A stretch of DNA of 64,000 nt from the NCBI GenBank assembly GCA_041660505.1, contig JBAZWG010000001.1:179979-243978 (forward strand). Reading direction: 5' to 3'. Origin of the DNA: Minisyncoccota bacterium (GTDB taxonomy: Bacteria; Patescibacteriota; Minisyncoccia; Phycocordibacterales; JACRKE01). Of this stretch, positions 18,501 to 28,192 are shown one piece after another (the stretch's first letter is position 1; every line of letters begins with the position of its first letter). The notes beneath the pieces were generated by a model. The model did not search any database. It was not told where the DNA came from and saw nothing but the letters and a program-made list of their open reading frames with translations. The position numbers were made by a program, and so were the translations under genes.

Positions 18501-20617
18501 CTTGAGTTATTAGACGTAATTGTTATTGGCGCGAGCACTGGCGCGGACTTGTCCATCGTAACGCTTGATGAATTGGTTGTGCTTGTGACAGCAGAAGCAA
18601 CATTGCCAGCCGTATCTGTCGCGGTGATGCTGAACGGTATTGCAATTTCCGGATCGTCAGCCGTCATTGTGGTCGAGGCCGTCCAAGACGTGCCGGAGCC
18701 GGTGATGTTCGCACCTCTGCCGGCGATAGTAACAGTAGGGGAAACTATCGCTTCGTTCGCGACGATTGTAAGCGTAACAATACTGCCGATGCCGGCCTTA
18801 GTGGTATCAGAATTGTTTGAAGCTATCGTAACTGTGTCGAGCGTGGGGGGATTGAAGTCGGCATCGGCAGTGGCAGCAGCTGCACCAGTAGAACCATTGT
18901 GACTGCCACCGCTAGTACCGCTACCGCCTGCGGCCGCGACACTCCCGCTCCACGAACCACCACTTGAATAATGAACTGCAACTATTCCTCCCCCGCCACC
19001 ACCGCTAACATTATTAGTCGTGCCCGCACCGCCGGTCGCCGTTATACTGCCAGAACCTGCGAGAGTATTTGTGTATATATAGACACCACCGCCAGCACCA
19101 CCTCCGCCAGTTTGTGAAAATTGGCCACTTGTACCATCAGAACCATTTGCGACTATAGTGCCGTTAAGTGTAAAACTGCCTGTTGCCAAAATTGAAAGAT
19201 GGCCACCGCCCGCGCCACCGCTTGCGTATCCGCCGACTTCACTTCCCGCACCTCCGGAGCCCATGTCTGTAGGGTGAGTCGCGGTATCGTAAGCGACACC
19301 TCCGCCGGCCCCATTGCCACCGTCTCCCCCTCTGCCGCCATGGCCACCTCCGTCACCTTGGACAGTCACTCCCACTCCTCCTCCGCCGGGTCCGTTGCCT
19401 ATTTGCGTGGGACTCCCTCCGGTATACCCCTTACCTGAGATGCTAATGGATCCGCCAGAATCAATTGTAACGTCTGTAATTGTCCAATCTATGTAATTTG
19501 TTTTGGCTGTGGTATTCGTCTTGTGAGTCATTAGACCGCTCGATTTTATCGTGAGAGCATCAAGGGTAATAGTGTTATCAGCGAAGCCAGTACCAACATT
19601 AGAAGATACTCCGTTGTTAGCAACAAAAATTTCACCATATGTCTCTGCGGCTGATTTTGTAAAAATAGTTCCGGCTCCGGCATCCTGACCTCCGCTGTAA
19701 TGAGTACCGCCGTATGCTTTAACGTAAGTGTCAAAGTTGGACGACGTAAACATGTTGTTCGTGGTGTAACGAATTGCAATTCTGCCACCCCCACCACCAC
19801 CGCTAGAGTTGTTCGAGCTACCCACACCTCCGTTTGCGGTGATAGTCCCCGCACCGTTCAGAGTCCCTGTGTTTATTAAAATACTTCCGCCCGCGCCACC
19901 ACCACCGGTTTGAGAAAACTGACCACCTACCGCATTGGAACCATTCGCCGAAATCGTTCCGCCGATTGTTGCCGTACCCGAAATTGTAAGGCTAATAAGA
20001 CCACCTCCTGTGCCACCGCTTGCATAACCTCCAACACCACTTCCGGAACCGCCCGATCCCATATCTGTCGGTGTAGAGGCAGAATCATAGACCGTACCTC
20101 CGGCACCACCATCTCCCTTACCGCCAAATCCTCCATGGCCACCACCGTTGCCCTGGATGTCTGCGCCTCCTACGCCGCCGCCGGGGCCGGAACCGGAAGT
20201 CAAGCCGCCACCGCCCGCATAACCCAAACCGGCCGCAGTGAGAGTGCCGTTGATGGTCGTGCTCGCGGCGGTAATATTTACACTGCCGTAACTAGCGCCG
20301 TCATACGCTTTGACAGAAACCGTGCCGGAAGGAATTGAGAACCCTGCTATCCCGCAGTGAGCGCCGGCGATAGCGATTCCCGCCGTGCCGTCCAAGTCCC
20401 ACGTGTCGCCATTGGTTGGTGTCCAGTCCTGGTCTACGCCATCTACGGCGTGATCATTCGCACATGTGTCGGCCTTACTTATAAAAGGGGTTAGTGCGAA
20501 TTTATGGATAGCGACGGCAACAACAGCCACCGCCAAGACGTGGACAAAAATATGGAATGCCGGACACCTTTCCGCATCAATAAAGTGGCGCGACAGCGTT
20601 GTTGGATATTTCGCCAT
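15590..20617 (-). CDS. giant cell-surface protein: N-terminal TM anchor, Gly-rich beta-helix-like region, ~9 tandem ~95-aa Ig-like repeats, C-terminal peptidoglycan-binding-like domain
   Basis: 1675 aa. The repeated unit is TVTISSNNSxTTLAKxxxIVTLxFTxxExIxTPxVTIAGRxAxxxGSGTxWxASTTM..GD....FSITPxDxAGNxG. Repeat units of about 285 bp are visible in the DNA at 16860-18900. GG[AS]G-rich stretches are present. The C-terminus has LLQRLLAQDKSIYKNGQVTGYFGNLTLQAVQKFQEKYGI. Confidence 0.7.
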   Translation of the reverse strand: MAKYPTTLSRHFIDAERCPAFHIFVHVLAVAVVAVAIHKFALTPFISKADTCANDHAVDGVDQDWTPTNGDTWDLDGTAGIAIAGAHCGIAGFSIPSGTVSVKAYDGASYGSVNITAASTTINGTLTAAGLGYAGGGGLTSGSGPGGGVGGADIQGNGGGHGGFGGKGDGGAGGTVYDSASTPTDMGSGGSGSGVGGYASGGTGGGLISLTISGTATIGGTISANGSNAVGGQFSQTGGGGAGGSILINTGTLNGAGTITANGGVGSSNNSSGGGGGGRIAIRYTTNNMFTSSNFDTYVKAYGGTHYSGGQDAGAGTIFTKSAAETYGEIFVANNGVSSNVGTGFADNTITLDALTIKSSGLMTHKTNTTAKTNYIDWTITDVTIDSGGSISISGKGYTGGSPTQIGNGPGGGGVGVTVQGDGGGHGGRGGDGGNGAGGGVAYDTATHPTDMGSGGAGSEVGGYASGGAGGGHLSILATGSFTLNGTIVANGSDGTSGQFSQTGGGGAGGGVYIYTNTLAGSGSITATGGAGTTNNVSGGGGGGIVAVHYSSGGSWSGSVAAAGGSGTSGGSHNGSTGAAAATADADFNPPTLDTVTIASNNSDTTKAGIGSIVTLTIVANEAIVSPTVTIAGRGANITGSGTSWTASTTMTADDPEIAIPFSITATDTAGNVASAVTSTTNSSSVTMDKSAPVLAPITITSNNSSTTRAKTDDIVTLSFTANKSIQTPVVTIDGRGANITGSGTTWQASTTMQAGDTEAVVTFSVTATDTLGNEATPVTATSNGSAVTFDKTVPTVPTVTISSSNSSTTLAKTDNVVTLAFTADESLRTPVVTIAGRSATVLGSGTTWTASTTMQSGDSETAVAFSITPTDAAGNEGSAVTAITTGLNVVFDKTVPTLSPVTISSNNTTNTLAKVADIVTLTFTSSEAIATPTVTIFGRPATVLGSGTSWTASTTMETGDTNGTVTFSATPIDMAGNSGIAVTAITSGSNVRFDKTPPAVSTVTISSNNTTNTLAKVANIVTLIFTTDENIKTPTVTIAGRAASVSGSNSSWSATQTMETGDTESAISFAITPVDLAGNVGTTALAVTSGSNVTFDKSAPTLSPVTIASNNNTTASRATTNDIVTLTFTANESITTPTVLIASRSANITGSGTSWTASTTMISGDTQQVIQFSITPTDIVGNAASAVTAITSGSGVTFDKSTPTISITTPTEGSMIATSTTPQVTTNEAATCTYSYDGADSVAFATTGGTTHTASAITGITGTAHTLTVTCNDLAGNVNTSATRNFKSLTTSGTTVTGGSEPVVFEGTSSGGVTMPSSITTLVLSESSPLSASTSLSSISGGNLTLNGSILPLGAFTSGSLVSVDLTQPQTIADKTVTVGTGFTLNSGTTGSPVVITGSAVSGTSLSIPDATSIMGPTDWDGKITPPITGSSAGTSPSGFLVGDAIQIGSADVTLIFDKAVTLTFDTVKTMVFKMAGSDTWQTLSTCAGTYSSPTDPTPFGECGISNGLQTKVLTYHFTTFGTLTAVPEVVRLASNNGPIYGWVMGLFSDAKPKVMEKVVPTVTPADSFIFLHPVISKRAQTQVRVPATIKGASSINSVLVIGSRGSSVTLLQRLLAQDKSIYKNGQVTGYFGNLTLQAVQKFQEKYGIAKRGAIGYGVVGPATRAMLVTVFGN

Positions 20618-20691
20618 ATATTATAAATTATAATGTTTTTCTCTGCGAAAACAAAATAATTTATACACAGAAAACAAAAGTTTTTTTATAT

Positions 20692-21171
20692 TTAAGCGTC
20701 TTGCGATTGATCGAAGGCTATCGAGTCCAGATTAGGCTTTTCATTCTGCTTCCTTTCTTCCACTTCTTTTATAAATTCCTGTTTGTCTTGGTCGAACTTG
20801 CTTTCCACCTCTTCATATTCAATCGCACTAAGCACCGCTTTGATATCGTGGGCTCCGAGTATCGAGCTCTCATATTTGCTTGCACCGGAGATGTCTCGCC
20901 TGATCTTCTTTTGCTTTTCCGCTGGTAGTTCAAAAAAGGCGATGATTAGGCGCAAGTCGTCAAGCTGTGCGCTTTTGTTCGGGTCGCCGTCCGGCAGGTT
21001 AATAATTCTTTCCGCTCGCCTAAGTACGGCGTTGCTACCGGTGGCACGCGCATGATTTATGATTTCATTAACCCTTATCTCCGCCGCCCTGCCGGCCAAG
21101 ATCTCGTTTATCTCCAAAATTTCGTCGGTAATATCCTCCCCTCCCGCCGTGTTAAATGGTTCTTTATTCAT
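20692..21171 (-). CDS. hypothetical protein
   Basis: ORF 20692..21252 trimmed to the internal Met MNKEPF. No recognisable domain. Confidence 0.4.
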   Translation of the reverse strand: MNKEPFNTAGGEDITDEILEINEILAGRAAEIRVNEIINHARATGSNAVLRRAERIINLPDGDPNKSAQLDDLRLIIAFFELPAEKQKKIRRDISGASKYESSILGAHDIKAVLSAIEYEEVESKFDQDKQEFIKEVEERKQNEKPNLDSIAFDQSQDA

Positions 21172-21313
21172 AGAATATGATATTAGCAAATATTCCGTAT
21201 TCGTCAAAATAAATCTGCCGAGGTTCGACCTCGGCAATACGGATAAAAACACAGAAGCCCGGGCGGAATGAAGATTTTAACCTCCTTCTCCGCCTCGGGC
21301 TTCGTAAAGAACA

Positions 21314-21329
21314 TTTTTGAAAACTACGA
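21314..21329. repeat. inverted repeat, left arm TTTTTGAAAACTACGA
   Basis: Pairs with TCGTAGTTTCAAAAA at 22249-22263. Both arms are followed by TCTACCG, at 21334-21340 and 22264-22270. Confidence 0.6.
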
Positions 21330-21360
21330 CACGTCTACCGGACGTGCACGGGCGCTTAAA

Positions 21361-22185
21361 TTACTTCGAGCGCTTTTTTCTTCCCCCTTTGGAGCGGACT
21401 GACTCGCTCTCGAGCCTCTCGACTCGAGAGCGAGTCTCCTCCGCATCCGCCCAGAGCTTCAGGCCGGCTCCGGCCTCGCCCGCAAAATGCGGGTCGAGGC
21501 GTAGGCCGGACGAGGTGCCGATGTAGATGTTGACCATCGGCGCCTCGCGAAGCGAGGCAGTCGTCACCGGCTTGGTAGCCGGCGCCGCCGTGGTGGTGGG
21601 GACAGGTGTTGAGGTCGCCTGCGGAGCCGGTTGGCTCCCGCAAGTTTGAGCGGTCGCCGAGTTGTTGCCTCCGTTAACCACGATGCTCGGCTGGGTGGCA
21701 GGAGCGGGCGTAGGGTGACCAACGAGGACCGGAGTCCCCGTCAAAATACCCGAGGCCCAGTTCGACCACTCTTTGAGTGTGTCGAGGCGGCCGAGGAGTT
21801 CTGTCTTCTCCTCCTTCACCGCCGCTGTCTCAGCTTGGGTCCATTCCAGCTCCTCGCGGAGCTTGGCGAGCTCGCCTTCCTTGACCGTTAGCACCTGCTC
21901 GCGGTCGATAAGAAGCCGTTGTTGTTCGCTAAGCTTCTTCTCCAGCGACACGATGGCCCGGCCGAAATCAAATTGAACGCGACCAAGCTCCGTCTTGAGC
22001 TCGGCGACCTGCCCGCGAATGCGAGCGGTCTGCGGGCCAGTCGCCGCACCCTGCTCGCGCACAATGCGCGCCAGGGTATCGACGGCCACGTTATTGGTGT
22101 CGAACTCGTTCGGCGTTATTGCCAGAACGAGACACCAGAGACCAACGACAACCAGACCCCAGAAACCAAGCATTTGCTGTCGCAT
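21361..22185 (-). CDS. membrane-anchored coiled-coil protein with Pro/Thr-rich linker, hypothetical (GC-rich gene)
   Basis: 274 aa with an N-terminal TM helix (FWGLVVVGLWCLVLAI), heptad repeats and a PTPAPATQPS...TTTAAPATKP linker. Local GC is about 62% against about 48% in the flanks. Confidence 0.45.
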   Translation of the reverse strand: MRQQMLGFWGLVVVGLWCLVLAITPNEFDTNNVAVDTLARIVREQGAATGPQTARIRGQVAELKTELGRVQFDFGRAIVSLEKKLSEQQRLLIDREQVLTVKEGELAKLREELEWTQAETAAVKEEKTELLGRLDTLKEWSNWASGILTGTPVLVGHPTPAPATQPSIVVNGGNNSATAQTCGSQPAPQATSTPVPTTTAAPATKPVTTASLREAPMVNIYIGTSSGLRLDPHFAGEAGAGLKLWADAEETRSRVERLESESVRSKGGRKKRSK

Positions 22186-22248
22186 ATCCTAGCCCCCTCC
22201 CGGAGGCCGTATAACATTGTGAACCGTGGCGGACGCCACGGTTCGTTT

Positions 22249-22263
22249 TCGTAGTTTCAAAAA
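22249..22263. repeat. inverted repeat, right arm TCGTAGTTTCAAAAA
   Basis: Reverse complement of the left arm. A hairpin ACCGTGGCGGACGCCACGGU + UCGUUUUCG sits just inside at 22223-22250. Confidence 0.6.
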
Positions 22264-22275
22264 TCTACCGTCAGT

Positions 22276-22304
22276 ATACTAACATATTATTGACATTTGT
22301 GTCA
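22276..22304 (-). promoter_or_regulatory. sigma70-like promoter for the GC-rich gene
   Basis: Minus strand TTGACA-N17-TAGTAT, located just outside the right inverted repeat. The -35 lies within the palindrome TTGACATTTGTGTCAA. Confidence 0.4.
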
Positions 22305-22401
22305 AGAGTGTTTCTTTATTGTATTTTAGGACTTTTTGTCCTTGGCCGGCCTGCATCACTTGTGCAGGCCGGCTTGGACACTTCGTGCCGTCCACCAGAA
22401 C

Positions 22402-22722
22402 TCACTTCACGCCGGCCGGCGAGTAGAGAGTCCAGTGGAATATGATCCGGAGGCGCCAGAAGAAGCGCTCCATCGAGGCGACTCTCTCGATCTTCTCGAA
22501 TTGAGTCTCCACAACAAGGTGGTCGTCCCCCTTGTTGTTGAACTCCCTCTTGATTTTGTCCTTGATTCCTACGATGAAGGCCTTCTCCTCGTGCTCAATA
22601 CAGTAAGCCGTGTTATTCGACTTACCCGTCTTGATGCCTTCCTCGATCCGCCGCTTCAGGACGGACTTGATGTCATCAACAATATCTTGATAAACGAAGT
22701 CGGGCATTCCCTCTCCTCTCAC
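22402..22722 (-). CDS. hypothetical small protein
   Basis: 106-aa ORF with a possible start at MPDFVY. No recognisable motif. The 3' end overlaps a 12-bp-stem hairpin GGCCGGCCTGCA...TGCAGGCCGGC at 22345-22376. Confidence 0.3.
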   Translation of the reverse strand: MRGEGMPDFVYQDIVDDIKSVLKRRIEEGIKTGKSNNTAYCIEHEEKAFIVGIKDKIKREFNNKGDDHLVVETQFEKIERVASMERFFWRLRIIFHWTLYSPAGVK

Positions 22723-22813
22723 CTATCGCACGGCACGTGCGAAACTTGCTTTATCCTACAGATTTCCGTCAATAACGCAAACAGCGGAGGTTCAACCTCC
22801 GCTGTTCTGTTGT

Positions 22814-22857
22814 CACCGAGGAGAGACCTCCGCTTTTCCGGAGGACTCACCTCGCCG
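22814..22857. repeat. ~45-nt GC-rich palindromic element (CCGAGGAGAGACCTCCG-loop-CGGAGGACTCACCTCGG family), copy 1
   Basis: Imperfect hairpin immediately 3' of groEL. Related copies are at 47953-48000, 48014-48062 and 62533-62579. Confidence 0.7.
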
Positions 22858-22907
22858 TCTTTAATTTTATTATTCCTAACTCCTATCTCCCATCTCCTAA
22901 CTCCTCT

Positions 22908-24590
<1,683 letters not shown>

Positions 24591-24607
24591 TTATTAGTTT
24601 GTAGTTT

Positions 24608-24922
24608 TTAGTTTTCAAAAACTAATGAAATACTAGACTCGGAGAGAACTAAGTACTCCTTTCCCCCGATTTTAAATTCTTCGGATCCGTATTTTGCAAA
24701 CATCACCTTCTCGCCAACCTTTACGTTCATTGGTAGGATTTTGCCATTCTCATCGCGTTTGCCCGGGCCAATGGCCACGATAACGCCCTGCTCGGCACGT
24801 TCTTTTTCTGCCGTCTCCGGTATAAAAATCCCGCTCTTCGTAAGAGCGCCTCGCTCATGTTCTGCTAGAGGCTCTACGATAACGCGATCAGCCAAAGGTC
24901 GCACGCTTAGTTTTTTTGCCAT
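24608..24922 (-). CDS. groES: co-chaperonin GroES
   Basis: Internal Met MAKKLSVRPLADRVIVEP... with the mobile loop and a roughly 100-aa length. The 32-aa N-terminal extension in the ORF track is probably spurious. Confidence 0.9.
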   Translation of the reverse strand: MAKKLSVRPLADRVIVEPLAEHERGALTKSGIFIPETAEKERAEQGVIVAIGPGKRDENGKILPMNVKVGEKVMFAKYGSEEFKIGGKEYLVLSESSISLVFEN

Positions 24923-25065
24923 ACTGTTTTTGTTAGTTAAGAACTTTTGCGTTTGATTGCCGAGTCGGCGTCGGAGCCCGCCGGTAGGCGGGTAAAGACG
25001 CGAGGCAAGCAAATGCATAAGTTCTTTGTTTTAATAAAAAAGTTTACCCTATGTAGAGTAAACAT

Positions 25066-25095
25066 CTCATTATATGCAGAAAGTAACCCGGAGTC
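25066..25095 (-). promoter_or_regulatory. groESL sigma70 promoter (TTGACT-N17-TATAAT) with overlapping palindrome
   Basis: Minus sense TTGACTCCGGGTTACTTTCTGCATATAAT. The -35 is embedded in the palindrome AGTCAAAATTTGACT. No CIRCE (TTAGCACTC-N9-GAGTGCTAA) is present. Confidence 0.5.
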
Positions 25096-25181
25096 AAATT
25101 TTGACTATTGACAAATAAATCGAGATTGTGAAAAATAGAGATTGTTGTTTGAACCCTGACCGGAAGAAAGGAGAGGTCTTG

Positions 25182-25304
25182 ATGAAGGGCGTCAGTAAGG
25201 AATATCTGGAATCGCAGAGCCGGGCGTGGTCTGAAGCAGAAGAGACCAAACCCGAAGAACCCACGCCTCCGCCACAGAAGCCCCCGCCCGCCCCGGAGAA
25301 ATGA
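25182..25304 (+). CDS. hypothetical 40-aa Pro/Glu-rich peptide
   Basis: RBS AGGAGAGG precedes the ATG by 6 nt. ORF MKGVSKEYLESQSRAWSEAEETKPEEPTPPPQKPPPAPEK is followed by hairpin GACCAGCACAAAGGUUUGUGCUGGUC + GUUUG. It falls below the ORF-track cutoff. Confidence 0.3.
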   Translation: MKGVSKEYLESQSRAWSEAEETKPEEPTPPPQKPPPAPEK

Positions 25305-25441
25305 GGCGGCGAGCCCGGTCGAACGACCAGCACAAAGGTTTGTGCTGGTCGTTTGCATTTGACAAATAAGTGTCTTTTAGCTACATTTATATGCATGAAT
25401 ATCACACGCGGGATCATTATTATTAACCTCATTATTCCTCA

Positions 25442-25570
25442 CAGAGGGGCTTAATTCTCGCATATACCAAAACTAAGCCCCTCTTGCGAAAACGAGAGGG
25501 GCTTTTTTCGTGAAAATTGTTGAAGGGTCGGCAAAGTGCGTTTGATAAGATGCATTTTGCCAACCCCTTA
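25442..25570 (+). promoter_or_regulatory. attenuator-like leader with mutually exclusive hairpins
   Basis: Hairpin A is AGAGGGGCUUA...UAAGCCCCUCU (25442-25484). Hairpin B is GCCCCUCU-ugcgaaaacg-AGAGGGGC + UUUUUUCG (25475-25508) and shares GCCCCUCU with A. A third hairpin GGGUCGGCAAA...UUUGCCAACCC follows. All lie upstream of ORF 25648. Confidence 0.4.
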
Positions 25571-25647
25571 ACGAGTAGAGAGTAGGGGGTTGTGTACTGG
25601 ACATTTACAGTTTTTCGACGCCGCGCATTGCGCGGAGGAGTAACGAG

Positions 25648-25870
25648 TATGAAGACGAAGAAGACGAGGGTTCTTGTCATCCTGCCGGCCGGGGCAAATG
25701 TCGCCGAGCTTGAGGACTTTTTGTCCTCCCTCGGCGGAATCGTGGCCGCAAAAGAGGAAGACGAGTCGAAGAAGAAGTTCTCCGCCGAGGTTTTCTGGAG
25801 CGGGGAGGCCACGCGACATCACCGCAAAGAGGAAGATGTGCAGGCGGTCGGACACGTCGGCGGGCTCTGA
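25648..25870 (+). CDS. hypothetical small protein
   Basis: ORF 25592..25870 with probable start MKTKKTRVLVILPAG, preceded by GGAGG. A perfect 15-bp-stem terminator hairpin follows. Confidence 0.4.
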
Positions 25871-25900
25871 ACCCGAAGAAAACTGTAGACAGGCTGGCAT

Positions 25901-25935
25901 CGAATCAATTTCGATGCCAGCCTGTTCTCGTTCGA
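25901..25935 (+). terminator. terminator hairpin
   Basis: CAGGCUGGCAUCGAA-UCAAU-UUCGAUGCCAGCCUG followed by UUCUCGUU. Confidence 0.5.
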
Positions 25936-25970
25936 GATGACACTTTCTGGACTTTTTCGGTCAGTATGTT

Positions 25971-26219
25971 ATGATACTACCCATCATGCAGTTACTTCAG
26001 ACAGCATTGCCTTGGATACAAGTAGTCCTCGCTATTGTGCTTACCGGCCTCATCATGCTCCAGCAAGGTGAAGGGTCACTCGGCGCCGCATTTGGTGGCG
26101 ACAGTACCGCCGGCGGCTTCCGCACCAAACGTGGAGCGGAGAAGGTCATCTTCAATATTACTCTTGTGGTCAGTATCTTGTTCGTTGTCGCAGCCATCGT
26201 TACCCTTCTCATTAAGTAA
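25971..26219 (+). CDS. secG: preprotein translocase subunit SecG
   Basis: 82 aa with two TM helices and the SecG motif LQQGEGSLGAAFGG...RGAEK. Confidence 0.8.
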   Translation: MILPIMQLLQTALPWIQVVLAIVLTGLIMLQQGEGSLGAAFGGDSTAGGFRTKRGAEKVIFNITLVVSILFVVAAIVTLLIK

Positions 26220-26312
26220 ATTACAAAGCAGAATTGGAGAATTTAGGAATTTGAGAATTAGGGAATATTCTTAAATTCTAAAATTCTTTAATTCATAAAT
26301 TCTGTCAGAATT

Positions 26313-28121
26313 TTGATCAATTTTCATTTTTTGGAGTCTTTATCGCGCAAGTACGACGAGTTCGGAAAGGCGCTTGCTCCCAAGTCAAAAGCGGGTAAAA
26401 AAATATACGACTTCTTCGGCTATTTCTCTTTGAAAGAAAGATTGGCTTTTTATGTTCTGCTTTTAATTTTCCTCATGAGCTTCGGACTTTTGGTAAAAAA
26501 GCTTAATGATATGATTACGGTTGAGGTGCCTCTCTTCGGCGGAACACTGCGCGAGGGTATCGTGGGCATTCCGCGTTTTAGTAATCCCGTTCTGGCCTCG
26601 AGCGACGTGGATAAGGATGTGGCGAGCCTTATTTATTCCGGCCTTATGCGCGTCGGGTCAGAAGGCAAACTAATCCCCGATCTGGCAGAAAATTATTCCG
26701 TATCTCCAGACGGTCTTACATATACTTTCGTTCTTAAGAAGAATCTTGTATTCCATGACGGGAGCAAGCTCTCGAGTGCCGACGTCGCCTATACTATCAA
26801 TCAAGTTAAGAATCCGATTTTCAAAAGTCCTCGCGGAGCGGCTTGGAGCGGAATCAATATAGAAACTCCCGACGACCTAACTGTTGTGTTCCATCTCAAA
26901 TCTCCTTACGCACTCTTCCTCGAAAGTACGACGTTGGGAATACTCCCGAAAAGTTTATGGAAGAAGACGAATGACGAGACATTCCCCTATAACGAGCTTA
27001 ATCTAGCGGGCGTCGGTTCCGGACCATACAAAGTGGTGAATGTTGCAAAAAATAAAGACAGCGTACCAACAGTATTGACACTCACTGCGTTTAACTCTTT
27101 CACGCTTGCCAAGCCTTATATCAAGAACATCAAACTGTACTTCTACGCGAATGAAGAGGCACGGTCTGCCGCTTATGGAGCCGGTTATATAGACACACTC
27201 TCCGGCATCACAGCGGAGGATGTGGGGGCACTTAACACGGGCAAAGGTCACATAGTCTCATTCTATCTCCCAAGAATCTTCGCCGTGTTCTTCAATCAAA
27301 ACCAAGAATCTGCCTTCACTTACCGTGAGGTTCGCGCAGCACTCGACGCTTCGCTCGATAAAGAAGCCATTACTCGTACCGTGCTTCATGATTATGGCAA
27401 CGCGATAAACGGCACGATTCCGCCGGGTTCGTTCGGCTACGCGAGCAGTACCAATCCTATAAAAGATCAGCCGGCACGCATCGCAAGCGCCCAAGCCCTA
27501 CTGCAACAGAACGGTTGGAATAAAGTTGGCGGAGTTTACCAAAAGAAGTTTACCGGCGACCCTAAGAAAAAGAGTAGTTCGACGGTCGTCTCTCTCGCCT
27601 TCTCTATTTCTACGGCAGACACGCCGGAACTCAAGCGGACAGCAGAACTGATTCGAGACACGTGGAACAGCCTTGGCGCAAAAGTCGAGCTCAAGGTATA
27701 TGAGATCGGCGACTTGAATCAAAACGTCATTCGTCCTCGCAATTTCGATGCGTTATTCTTCGGCGAGATTGTCGGCCGCAACCCCGACCCATTCTTCTAC
27801 TGGCATTCGTCGGAACGCGCCGACCCGGGACTCAATATCGCCATGTACGCAAACCCAGCCGTTGATAAGCTTGTAGACAGCATTCGTGCCAGCGCATCCG
27901 ACAGCGACCGACTAGACAAGCTCCGCAAACTGGACACAGCAATAAAGCGCGACCAGCCGGCTTCATTCATATATGCGCCACAATACATTTATCTTATTAA
28001 TAATCGGGTGCGAGGAGTGACGCCGATGTCTCTCACGACACCCAATGAAAGATTCTCTAATATCTACACCTGGTACATCGATACCGAAAGAGTGTGGAAG
28101 ATTTTTACTAAACAGAATTAA
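26313..28121 (+). CDS. ABC transporter substrate-binding protein, family 5 (peptide/nickel)
   Basis: SBP_bac_5-like sequence throughout. The N-terminal TM anchor is reached from a TTG start. The true start is uncertain (an internal ATG at MSFGLL is possible). Confidence 0.7.
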   Translation: MINFHFLESLSRKYDEFGKALAPKSKAGKKIYDFFGYFSLKERLAFYVLLLIFLMSFGLLVKKLNDMITVEVPLFGGTLREGIVGIPRFSNPVLASSDVDKDVASLIYSGLMRVGSEGKLIPDLAENYSVSPDGLTYTFVLKKNLVFHDGSKLSSADVAYTINQVKNPIFKSPRGAAWSGINIETPDDLTVVFHLKSPYALFLESTTLGILPKSLWKKTNDETFPYNELNLAGVGSGPYKVVNVAKNKDSVPTVLTLTAFNSFTLAKPYIKNIKLYFYANEEARSAAYGAGYIDTLSGITAEDVGALNTGKGHIVSFYLPRIFAVFFNQNQESAFTYREVRAALDASLDKEAITRTVLHDYGNAINGTIPPGSFGYASSTNPIKDQPARIASAQALLQQNGWNKVGGVYQKKFTGDPKKKSSSTVVSLAFSISTADTPELKRTAELIRDTWNSLGAKVELKVYEIGDLNQNVIRPRNFDALFFGEIVGRNPDPFFYWHSSERADPGLNIAMYANPAVDKLVDSIRASASDSDRLDKLRKLDTAIKRDQPASFIYAPQYIYLINNRVRGVTPMSLTTPNERFSNIYTWYIDTERVWKIFTKQN

Positions 28122-28192
28122 AGAATTTCAGAATTTAGGAATTTAATTCATTCTTACATTCTCATATTCTTTAATTCATAAATTCCGTTAAC

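Noticed and set aside
16863-18902. Long plus-strand ORFs (525 aa and 153 aa) antisense to the giant surface protein gene
   Set aside because: Valine/alanine-rich antisense frames kept open by the repetitive, GC-rich sense strand. The repeat structure and domain content favour the minus-strand gene.
28122-28192. AT-rich 'gaatttaggaattt' iterations as a possible tandem repeat or satellite
   Set aside because: Only two or three loose iterations per site. They are better described as a shared promoter or leader motif.
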